Shown in pieces: positions 31,441-40,777 of a stretch of 64,000 nucleotides of DNA; position 1 is the stretch's first letter; every line of letters begins with the position of its first letter. Made by a program: the position numbers and the translations under genes. The notes beneath the pieces are model-generated. The model was not told where the DNA came from. It saw only the letters and a program-made list of their open reading frames with translations, and ran no database searches. The stretch lies in NCBI GenBank assembly GCA_963693365.1, contig CAVNZM010000011.1:5101421-5165420 (forward strand), in the 5' to 3' direction. The DNA comes from Amoebidium appalachense (taxonomy: Eukaryota; Protista; Ichthyosporea).

Positions 31441-33974
31441 ACACACACACGCACACACACGCACGCACACACAGAGCAAGAAGCGGGAGAGGTGGACAGG
31501 GGGCAACAACAAGACACTGAGACTGGGGAGGTGGCGGGGTTCAACGAGGTACCCGTAGCACATCTCCGCCAAATGCATCTAGAAAAGCTCTCCTTGGAGA
31601 AGATAGTTTTGTCAATCGAAAAAGAACACGAGTTTCGGGCAGCTGGTGCCGTCAAGTTCGTGCCTCCCGAGCCGGTAGTGCAGGGGCTGAAAAAGGCTGC
31701 TCAGGCCACACGAGTGAGAAAATCCTACACCCGGATTTGGGTGGAGGCTACCACCATCAGGGATGTCTTCCTCGTTTATAGGGAGGACATCATAGGGCAA
31801 ATTCCAGAGGTGCGTATTTGCAACCACTAGGATGTGGTTACCATGAACAGGGGCTAACACGATTGGGCAGGGGGATCCGGTGGGGGAGGAGGAGTTTTGG
31901 AGGTTGTTGGACTCCCTATCGGATGGTGAAAAATCAATGTTCCTTTACGGAACAGATCTGAAGCCTCTTAAAAACACCCATACACCCAGTGAGGTACGTA
32001 TGTGTGCGGCGAAGATTTGTATGTTGTGTGTGTTTTTGCGGAGAGTGATGTTGTGCATGTGTGCGTGCGTGTGTTTGTGCGGAGAGTGTATGTTGTGCAT
32101 GTGTGCGTGCGTGTGTTTGTGCAGAGAGTGTATGTTGTGCATGCGTGCGTGCGTGTGTTTGTGCGGAGAGTGTATGTTGTGCATGTGTGCGTGCGTGTGT
32201 TTGTGCAGAGAGTGTATGTTGTGCATGCGTGCGTGCGTGTGTTTGTGCGGAGAGTGTATGTTGCGTAGGCATGTGTGCGTGTGTGTAGGGATGCGTGCGT
32301 GCGTGTGTTTGTGCGGAGAGTGTATGTTGTGTAGGGATGCGTGCGTGCGTGTGTTTGTGCGGAGAGTGTATGTTGTGTAGGGATGCGTGCGTGCGTGTGT
32401 TTGTGCGGAGAGTGGATGTTGTGTAGGGATGCGTGCGTGCGTGTGTTTGTGCGGAGAGTGTATGTTGTGTAGGGATGCGTGCGTGCGTGTGTTTGTGCGG
32501 AGAGTGTATGTTGTGTAGGGATGCGTGCGTGCGTGTGTTTGTGCGGAGAGTGGATGTTGTGTAGGGATGCGTGCGTGCGTGTGTTTGTGCGGAGAGTGTA
32601 TGTTGTGTAGGGATGCGTGCGTGCGTGTGTTTGTGCGGAGAGTGTATGTTGTGTAGGGATGCGTGCGTGCGTGTGTTTGTGCGGAGAGTGTATGTTGTGT
32701 AGGGATGCGTGCGTGCGTGGGGTGTATGTTGTGTAGGCATGCGTGCGTGCGTGGGTGTGCAGCGGAGAGTGTATGTTGTGTTGATGCACTGTGGTGGGTA
32801 TATGTAGGCATGCTGTGTGTTGTTGAATGGTGAACATGAAGGCACTAACAGGAGGGACAGGTGGTGAAGAAAGAAATCGACTACATGTTCAGCTTGGAGA
32901 CGCTTGACTCAATAGTATCAAGAGAATTCAAAGATCGTGTGGGCATCTCAACACCGATGCTCTATAAGTATGCCCCCCCCCCCCCCCCCCAAAAAAAAAA
33001 AAAAACAAATAATTAAACAAAGGAAAAAGGCAGGCTTGCAGAACGCCCCTTATGTTCACAGAACCATCCTGGGTGTGTGTATGGGTCGGTCTTTTCGGAA
33101 TGTATTGGGCCACATCTAGTCGGAAGTAATTACTGTTTTAGCCCCAACTAATCCCATGCCTCTTTGCAGTGTCACGACTGGGGGTCCGATTGTGCTCCAC
33201 ACAGAAGACCTTCTACTTGGGAGTGTCAACATCATGGTCCGTGGGCCAGGAGAGAAAATCTGGTTCGTGATCAGTGCAGAGTACGAGGAACAGGTTACGT
33301 CTATCCTCGAGGATATCCACGAGAGACTTGAGCTTTCGGGGGCCGGTATCTGTAAGAAAGTCACACAGCATAAGGTAGGCCCCCCCCCCACCAAAAAAAA
33401 AAAAAAAAAAAAACAATAAAAAAAAAACAATAAAAAAAAAAAACGACCACACACACACAGTAACAGAGGACGAACAAGAAGAGGGAGAGAGGGAGTGGTA
33501 GATACAGACGTGAAGAACAAGTGGTAGACACAGACGTGAAGAACAAGTGGTAGACACAGACGTGAAGAACAAGAACCAAAAAAGCACTTACAAAAACGAC
33601 CACCCGGGTTTTCATATGACTAACATTTGGGTGGGGCAGTCTGTGTTCATCCACCCCCGTTATTTGATGAAGAAGGGCATCCCCGTGCAGCGCACGGTTC
33701 AGCACGCCGGTGAGGTCATCTGCACCTTGCCTGGAGCATACCACTTTGGGTATGCTGCTGGTAGCAGCTTGGCCGAGGCGGTAAATTTTGCCACGGTCAA
33801 CTGGCTTGTGGTCGCTGGCAAGAAGCCCCCCCGGCATGCACGTGTGGCTACACTGACAGGGAACTCGTTTTCGAGGTACCCCCCCCCCCCAAAAAAAAAA
33901 AAAAAAAAAAAAAAAACAAAAAAAAAACAAACCAAAAAAAAACAAACCAAAAAAAACAACAAACAAAAAAACAC

Positions 33975-34030
<56 letters not shown>

Positions 34031-34372
34031 ATGCCCTAGCATTCACAATTACATGTAGGGGTTCGTAAAAACGGTTTTTTGAGTCCTTGCAGAGTTTTTC
34101 TTGACCTGGTCCACACGTAGGAGTTCGTTTCCTGTGGGTGTGTGCCATGGTGGTGTATTGGTGGGTGCGTGGGTGTGTTTGAGGTAATGGCATACAGTGA
34201 TGTCTGAGCCTTGCATAAACAAATCACCTGGCTGGACTACTACTTACACCCAACTATCAACCCACAGGTGTCCCATGCACAGTGGAAAAAGCTGAGAGAG
34301 AAGTACAAGGCTGACATCGAGCAGTTCGAGGAGGAGCTTGAGCAGTTCGAGGAGGAGCTTTTGAGTGGGTAG
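29073..34372 (+). CDS. KDM4-like JmjN/JmjC histone lysine demethylase with an unrecognised N-terminal region and a Gly/Glu-rich linker; 7 exons
   Basis: Exons ~29073-30203, 31474-31809, 31871-31993, 32852-32968, 33170-33374, 33639-33875 and 34268-34372. JmjN-like EVPVAH...SIEKEHEFRAAGAVKFVPPE; EEEFW...YGTD; GISTPMLY; HTED...SVN...GEKIWF; C...HK; QHAGEVICTLPGAYHFG...AEAVNFA; and CTC if one C is added to the run at 33826-33832. The link between the N-terminal exon and the Jmj core needs frameshift corrections and is less certain. Confidence 0.88.
30350..31400. repeat. Intronic minisatellite: CACCACGGGAAGGCACCTGCACGCATGCATG plus variable (CA)n, ~15 copies
   Basis: Seen directly inside intron 1 of the JmjC gene. 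Confidence 0.95.
32040..32780. repeat. Intronic minisatellite with 42-bp then 46-bp units
   Basis: GAGAGTGTATGTTGTG...GCGTGCGTGTGTTTGTGCG repeated about 16 times. Confidence 0.95.
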
Positions 34373-34382
34373 ACCACACATG

Positions 34383-34630
34383 GTTTGTGGTGGGTGCGGT
34401 GGGGGAAACGTAGTTGTGGTGGTGGCGGCGGGTAGGCCCCACATTCACATCTTACTTAGGGTTTGTGGTGGGTGCGGTGGGGGAAACGTAGTTGTGGTGG
34501 TGGCGGCGGGTAGGCCCCACATTCACATCTTACTTAGGGTTTGTGGTGGGTGCGGTGGGGGAAACGTAGTTGTGGTGGTGGCGGCGGGTAGGCCCCACAT
34601 TCACATCTTACTTAGGGTTTGTGATGGGTG
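34383..34630. repeat. 78-bp tandem repeat x3 just after the JmjC stop codon
   Basis: GTTTGTGGTGGGTGCGGTGGGGGAAACGTAG at 34383, 34461 and 34539. Confidence 0.95.
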
Positions 34631-34867
34631 TGGTGGAGGAAAGACGTGGTACAAAGTTTTCATACCAAGTTTTCTGTAATGTTTATTCGAATGTGATCTG
34701 CTTCAATCTTATCCAAATTTTCATGTATATTGTATTTGCCCGGTAACAGTACCAAGTTTCCGTAATGACTATTGAATGTATTTGCCCGTGGTAGCGGGAG
34801 AGACTCCATTTAATATACCCCAAGTCTCCTTTTCAATCTGTGTACGAGCACACTGGCACGTACATTG

Positions 34868-34947
<80 letters not shown>

Positions 34948-35174
34948 CACACACACACACACACACAATGATACACATGCTACCAAGTTTTCATTGAACG
35001 GTGTAGGGGAGGGGGGAGGGGGGGGGGGGGAGATAGACTCCAGCTCATCAAAATTAAACATCCCAACAGATTCTCTCGTCATTTACATTTTCCATGTTTG
35101 TGGAGATTCTCTCGTCATTTACATTTTCCATGTTTGTGGTGAGAGTCCATTCATCCTTTGGCTTGTGTAGGTCT

Positions 35175-35435
35175 CTATGCATCCTCAGGCTCCATCATCT
35201 TCTGCAGTACAATTGCTGTCTGTCGTTGATTCTTGGGCACCCACTTCTTGAATCCACACTTCTCCGCCAACTCATCGGGCAGATCTATATAGCCCTTTTC
35301 CGCAAGCTCTTGTGCATATACTCGTTGCTCCATCTGCGTCCGCCGGGTGGTGGCCTCGGTCGGCACAATAGTTGCCTGCACCACGGGTGCCTTGCCGGGC
35401 TCCTCCTTCAGCTTGTACTCCCATCGGTACACCAT
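35175..35435 (-). CDS. Hypothetical protein, 86 aa
   Basis: Intronless ATG ORF with protein-like composition, closely packed behind the upstream gene. Confidence 0.6.
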   Translation of the reverse strand: MVYRWEYKLKEEPGKAPVVQATIVPTEATTRRTQMEQRVYAQELAEKGYIDLPDELAEKCGFKKWVPKNQRQTAIVLQKMMEPEDA

Positions 35436-35471
35436 ACTCTATGCCACAAAAATCTCTGCTCACCCAACCCT

Positions 35472-35864
35472 TCAAGTGCGCTCCTTGATCACCACCGCAG
35501 GCGCATGCGCACACGTGGGGCACGCCGGGCACTTCTGCTCGGGCGGGCAGCGCGTGCATGCGGGGCACTGTGCGCACCGGGCGGGGCTGGCACCGCACAC
35601 GTGGCAGCGGGGGCAGTGCGCACACTTGCGGCGGGGAACGCAGCTGCCGCAGCTGGCACACATTGGGCACGCGCGCTGGCACTTGAGCACCGCCAGGCGC
35701 CGCCGCACACGTGGGCTGAACGTGTCCCAGAGCACGTAGAGGATCAGGCCGGCCAGGATGGCCAGTAGGATGGGGGAGGGCCCGGGGGTGCTGCGCGGGC
35801 TTGTGCGGATCGGGGGAGGGGGTGCGAATGGGCTGGGTGGGGGAAGGGGTGCGCCAGCGTCCAT
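35472..35864 (-). CDS. Single-pass membrane protein with CxxC-rich tail
   Basis: TM segment ILLAILAGLILYVLW followed by repeated CPxC/CxxC motifs. Confidence 0.65.
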   Translation of the reverse strand: MDAGAPLPPPSPFAPPPPIRTSPRSTPGPSPILLAILAGLILYVLWDTFSPRVRRRLAVLKCQRACPMCASCGSCVPRRKCAHCPRCHVCGASPARCAQCPACTRCPPEQKCPACPTCAHAPAVVIKERT

Positions 35865-35919
35865 GTTACCCGGTGCACGATATAATGTGGGGTTGGGGTT
35901 GTGCGGGTAGATGGGAGGA

Positions 35920-35953
<34 letters not shown>

Positions 35954-35967
35954 GGGGGCGCTCATGA

Positions 35968-36380
35968 GCAAGGGTATGGTGATAGCGATCATGTCATTGA
36001 CCCTACTCGCCAACAACACAGGTGCAAGCGCACGGTGATAGCGCTCATGACCCTACTCTCCAACAACACAGGTGCAAGCGCACGGTGATAGCGCTCATGA
36101 CCCTACTCTCAAACAACACAGGTGCAAGCGCACGGTGATACGCAGCCACCGTGTGCATGTGTGTGTGTGTGTGTGTGTGAGGGGGGGGGGGGGGGGGTTC
36201 AATGCGTGCGCTTGCACATGTGTTGTTTGAGAGTAGGGTCATGAGCGCTATCACCGGGCGCTTCCACATGTGTTGTTTGAGAGCAGGGTTGTGAGCGCTA
36301 TCACCGGGCGCTTCCACATGTGTTGTTTGAGAGAAGGGGCATGAGCGCTATTACCGGGCGCTTTGTGTTTGTGCGTGTGT

Positions 36381-36422
<42 letters not shown>

Positions 36423-36551
36423 ATGCGTGTGCTTGCACCTGTTATGTTTGAGTGTAGGCGCAAGAGCGCTATCACCGGGCGCTTCCACATGTGTTGTGTG
36501 AGAGAAGAGGCATGAGCGCTATCACCGGGCGCTTTGTGTTTGTGCGTGTGT

Positions 36552-36615
<64 letters not shown>

Positions 36616-36783
36616 GGGTGGGGGGGGGTGGGGTGGGGGCAATGCGTGTGGTTGCACCTGTTATGTTTGAGTGTAGGCTCATGAGCGCTATCACCGGGCG
36701 CTTCCACATGTGTTGTGTGAGAGAAGGGGCATGAGCGCTATCACCGGGCGCTTTGTGTTTGTACGTGTGTGGGGGGGGGGGGT

Positions 36784-36818
<35 letters not shown>

Positions 36819-36963
36819 ATGCGTGTGGTTGCACCTGTTATGTTTGAGTGTAGGCTCATGAGCGCTATCACCGGGCGCTTCCACATGTGTTGTGTGAGAG
36901 AAGGGGCATGAGCGCTATCACCGGGCGCTTTGTGTTTGTGCGTGTGTAGGGGGGTGGGTGGGT

Positions 36964-37007
<44 letters not shown>

Positions 37008-37066
37008 AATGCTTGCGCATGTTGGAGAGATGGGTCATCAGCGCTATCACCGGGCGCTTTGTGTGT

Positions 37067-37097
<31 letters not shown>

Positions 37098-37191
37098 GGG
37101 GGGCAATGCTTGCGCTTGCACCTGTGTTGTTTGAGAGAAGGGTCATGAGCGCATGTTGGAGAGATGGGTCATCAGCGCTATCACCGGGCGC

Positions 37192-37241
<50 letters not shown>

Positions 37242-37354
37242 GGAATGCGTGCGCTTGCACCTGTGTTGTTTGAGAGTAGGGTCGTGAGCGCAATCACCGT
37301 GCGCTTGCACATGTGTTGTTGGAGAGATGGGTCATCAGCGCTATCACCGGGCGC

Positions 37355-37396
<42 letters not shown>

Positions 37397-37472
37397 GGGG
37401 GGGGGATATGCGTGCGCTTGCACCTGTGTTGTTTGAGAGTAGGGTCATGAGCGCTATTACCGTGCCCTCTGC
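35968..37472. mobile_element. Foldback-like non-autonomous element built from inverted arrays of a ~50-60-bp unit
   Basis: About 3 units at 35977-36140 (GGTGATAGCGCTCATGACCCTACTCTC...CACAGGTGCAAGCGCAC) face many reverse-complement units at 36205-37465. The outer ends match imperfectly (GCAAGGGTATGGTGATAGCG versus the reverse complement GCAGAGGGCACGGTAATAGCG). No target-site duplication identified. Confidence 0.55.
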
Positions 37473-37568
37473 GCTAGCTTTATTGAATGTTCACTACTTT
37501 GCGCTAGCTTTGACCGTTTATTGGCAAACTCTGCGCTGCTTTGACCTTTTTGCCCGTGGCTTCTTTAT

Positions 37569-37925
37569 TTATTTTTCGTCTTTTACGTCTTTGCCCGCGT
37601 CGTCCCCCCAAATCAGCTGCAACGTGTCCTCTTCGGTTGTAAGCGTGATGTTCAGCGACGTGATGGTTTGCACGGCAATCCTGTACACGTCTGCCGGCGC
37701 ATAGTCGAACAGGTGGATCCTCGGTTGGCGGTCGGGGTAGTAGTGGCTGTATGCGAGCACGTTTCCGATCGCCGTCGTCCACTGCGATACACGCTGGACC
37801 TCGATGACCTGTGTGCTGGTCAGCACGTCGATCCGGCCGGCCCGAGTGGGCACCTCGCACACCCCGTCCTCGACCTTGGCCAGTCGCTCGCGCACGAACG
37901 CCTCGTCGTAGCCTACCGCAGACAT
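37569..37925 (-). CDS. PD-(D/E)xK restriction-like nuclease of the type found in large DNA viruses; catalytic Lys apparently replaced
   Basis: EVPTRAGRIDVLT...IEVQ...W...IGNVLAY...YP...RIHLF matches the EV-x-T-x2-G-x-ID-x-LT...IEVK...GQ-x2-Y pattern. Confidence 0.65.
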   Translation of the reverse strand: MSAVGYDEAFVRERLAKVEDGVCEVPTRAGRIDVLTSTQVIEVQRVSQWTTAIGNVLAYSHYYPDRQPRIHLFDYAPADVYRIAVQTITSLNITLTTEEDTLQLIWGDDAGKDVKDEK

Positions 37926-37967
37926 CCTATAACAGTGCACAAGATAAAAATGCGAGCCTCTCGTCCG

Positions 37968-38004
<37 letters not shown>

Positions 38005-38066
38005 CGGGGTCATTTTATTGATCATCGACCAGACAACTTGCATCAAAGTCTAAGACCTTGCCCGCA

Positions 38067-38549
38067 TCATTGCAGAGACCGCACACGTGTCGATGGACAG
38101 CATATAATACATCGACACGAATATCGTTTGTTCCTGCGGCGCACCACCCGCCCCGGGCGCACCCCCAAGCTGGCATACACGGCTGCCTTCGAGTAGCGGG
38201 GCATGTGTGGCCCGCGCAAGAAGTTGGTGCCTGTGTACTTTCTGCTGCGGGATCCGTCATGCCACTCCACAGAGTAACCCTGTAATGTACAGCGCATGGC
38301 AGCTGCGGATATGATTCTGGGCCTGTACGCACCCATGGTGACGTCCCACATTTTTACAATGTACTTTCTGGTCCCTTCCACACGCCCAATCCATGTGCGC
38401 AGATACCCAATTAGCTCGGTGTCGCGCCAGTCGGCAGGCACCATTTGTGGATGCAGTGTCTGGTCACCAGGGGGTGTGTGTGGAGCCTGTGTAAGCTCAG
38501 GGTCTGTGCACCCGGCAGCTACACAGCCTCCTATGTGAGCAGTCTCCAT
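38067..38549 (-). CDS. Hypothetical protein (3' end possibly frameshifted to 38015)
   Basis: ATG ORF divergent from the CoiA-like gene; no family recognised. Confidence 0.45.
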   Translation of the reverse strand: METAHIGGCVAAGCTDPELTQAPHTPPGDQTLHPQMVPADWRDTELIGYLRTWIGRVEGTRKYIVKMWDVTMGAYRPRIISAAAMRCTLQGYSVEWHDGSRSRKYTGTNFLRGPHMPRYSKAAVYASLGVRPGRVVRRRNKRYSCRCIICCPSTRVRSLQ

Positions 38550-38610
38550 CTCTCCTATAAGAGCGAAAAAAGAAAGGAGCGGGAAAAATATAATCTAGTA
38601 CAATTGCAAG

Positions 38611-39810
38611 ATGCTGAAGGTCAAAATAGCTCGCAACCTCAAAGACAGAATTCTGTATAGTGCAAGGGAGGCTACCAAAGAAAACAAGTATGTATGTGGC
38701 GACTGTGGAGTGCCGGTGGTTTTACGGAGGGGTACCGTGCGGGTGCCACACTTTGCACACACAAGCAATTTGAACCGCCCTTGTGCATTTACCGGTGGAG
38801 AAGGAGCGAGCCACAAGCTTGGCAAAGAAATTGTTCAACGCGCAATAGCCGATGGGCGCCTGGAAATTGTATGCAAGAATCATCCCGAGTCCACGTCGAG
38901 GATTGTTGGAGAGTCGGCTTTGGAACACGGAGTGTGCTATGACGACCATCAATTCTTCCTTGATGTTGGGGTTTTGCAGGGGTCGAATCTCACTGCTGCA
39001 ATTGAGGTGTATCATACCCACGGGACAGGCCTGGAGAAGCATGTGCTGTTACACGAACTATGCGGCAGAGTACACGAAGTGAGAACTAAGGAAATACTGG
39101 AGCGCTATGAGAGTGATGGAATGCTAACCCTGACAGACGTAGGCCCGCGTTTCTGGTGCTCCCAGTGCGCGCCCAGGTGCATGAATTGCAAGCAAACTTG
39201 GATCCGTGAAGGGTTGTGTACAACATGTAGGGCCTTGCCAGCGTGCTTGTGTGGGAAAGTGTTGAATCCCACCCAGCCCCGTGAGTTCTGCGAGCTCTCA
39301 TCCTGCCCCAAAATTCCAAGGTGCCCGAACTGCAAAAGTCGGAACAACCTCGTTGGTTCAGGGTATTGCGGCCCATGCGACTTGTTGCCGGCTTGCTCAG
39401 GGGGCTGGGAAGGTTGCAGTCGACGGGTAGAAGAGGTGGTTGCAAGAAACTGTAACGTTTGTTCCAAGGGACTGACACCATGCTCCAATTGTTCACATCA
39501 TTATTGGAGCCGACAACTGTTCTGTGATGACTGCAGGCTGCATTACAAGACATGCCGTCGGTGTCACCATCGCTCCATCAGTTTGGACACCAGAAAGTGG
39601 ATGGTGAAATGCGGGCGCAAGGTGCACTGCAACTCGTGTTGGAGTAAAATAGCTAGACCATGTGAGGGCCCAAACTGTCCTCACCGCCGCGGGAACAAGC
39701 CCGCTTGGTTTCAAAAGCGTTCATTGACCCGATTGTACTCCAGCGAGGAACGCTGTTACAACCGGTACTGCAAGGACTGCAAACATTGGGCACGGGAAAA
39801 CCTAAAATAG
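38611..39810 (+). CDS. CoiA-like nuclease with long Cys-rich C-terminal region
   Basis: YVCGDCGVPVVLRRGTVRVPHFAH...C...GEGASHKLGK is the CoiA N-terminal signature; LDVG...IEVYHTH is a nuclease-like core; more than 10 CxxC motifs follow. Confidence 0.78.
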   Translation: MLKVKIARNLKDRILYSAREATKENKYVCGDCGVPVVLRRGTVRVPHFAHTSNLNRPCAFTGGEGASHKLGKEIVQRAIADGRLEIVCKNHPESTSRIVGESALEHGVCYDDHQFFLDVGVLQGSNLTAAIEVYHTHGTGLEKHVLLHELCGRVHEVRTKEILERYESDGMLTLTDVGPRFWCSQCAPRCMNCKQTWIREGLCTTCRALPACLCGKVLNPTQPREFCELSSCPKIPRCPNCKSRNNLVGSGYCGPCDLLPACSGGWEGCSRRVEEVVARNCNVCSKGLTPCSNCSHHYWSRQLFCDDCRLHYKTCRRCHHRSISLDTRKWMVKCGRKVHCNSCWSKIARPCEGPNCPHRRGNKPAWFQKRSLTRLYSSEERCYNRYCKDCKHWARENLK

Positions 39811-39816
39811 GGGCTT

Positions 39817-40317
39817 TTATTGCTCCTCAGTGGGAAGGTCACTTTGGGTGCTTGTCGGCTGGACCACAGGCTTGTGGCGAGTGCGGATGTGATAGTGGAG
39901 TGCGGAAAGGTGCCGATAAGTTTTACTACAAGCACCACATACAAATGGACGCTCGCCTGTGTGCTTTCGTTCATGGCAGATGACGGATATCTTGTATTTG
40001 TAGGTCTTATCGCACCCGGGCCACGTGCACCTGTAAGGTGTTTTCTCTGTGTGCACGTTTTTTTGATGTCTGCGGAATGGGCTTGGATGTGTGAATTGCT
40101 TGCCACATGTTCCACATCGAAATGGCATTTCCTGGTTATGCTTATACTGGTGAATTTGTAGGGATGCGGCCGTAGTGTAGGATGCAGTACAATTAACCTG
40201 GTCACACCTGTACGGCCTCCCCAAGTGTAGGTGCATGTGGGTCTTTAGGTGGGGCTTCTGCTTGAAGGACCAGTGGCAGCCAGGCCAAGTGCACTTGAAT
40301 AGACGTGTGTTGTCCAT
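39817..40317 (-). CDS. Tandem C2H2 zinc-finger protein (5 fingers), intronless
   Basis: FKCTWPGCHWSF...H...H, YRCDQVNC, FRCGTCGKQF, YRCTWPGCDKTY and HTGERPFVCGAC. Confidence 0.88.
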   Translation of the reverse strand: MDNTRLFKCTWPGCHWSFKQKPHLKTHMHLHLGRPYRCDQVNCTASYTTAASLQIHQYKHNQEMPFRCGTCGKQFTHPSPFRRHQKNVHTEKTPYRCTWPGCDKTYKYKISVICHERKHTGERPFVCGACSKTYRHLSALHYHIRTRHKPVVQPTSTQSDLPTEEQ

Positions 40318-40777
40318 CGTATGAAACTACAGATAATAAAATTAGCGCGGGTATATACACCCACTTTTATTTGAAAACACCCATCGACGAAGCGTTTCAA
40401 TACCACCTCAATTGTTTTGAACTGTTTGTATAAGAAAAAGAACTGATGTAGAATCAAATCCGGAAAACGGGGTTTCCCACGACTTTGAACATATTTTCCG
40501 GGAAATTTGAATTCAAAAACCCAAAATAAATCACTAAAACACTTGATACACTTGGTTGGGGGGTGGGGATGGGAGGGATGATAATATCACAGACACGCTG
40601 TGTGTTGTGTGTCTCGGACCCCTCAGAAATCACTTCGAAGTGTTCCCCCTGAACCAACCAATCAAAACACACCAACAACCACGACAACCAATCAAATCGC
40701 CAAGTCTAGTGTTTCGAAAGTGTTTTCAAGTGTTGTGTCCATTTCACAAGTGTTTGCCATATCTCATACCATGTGTC

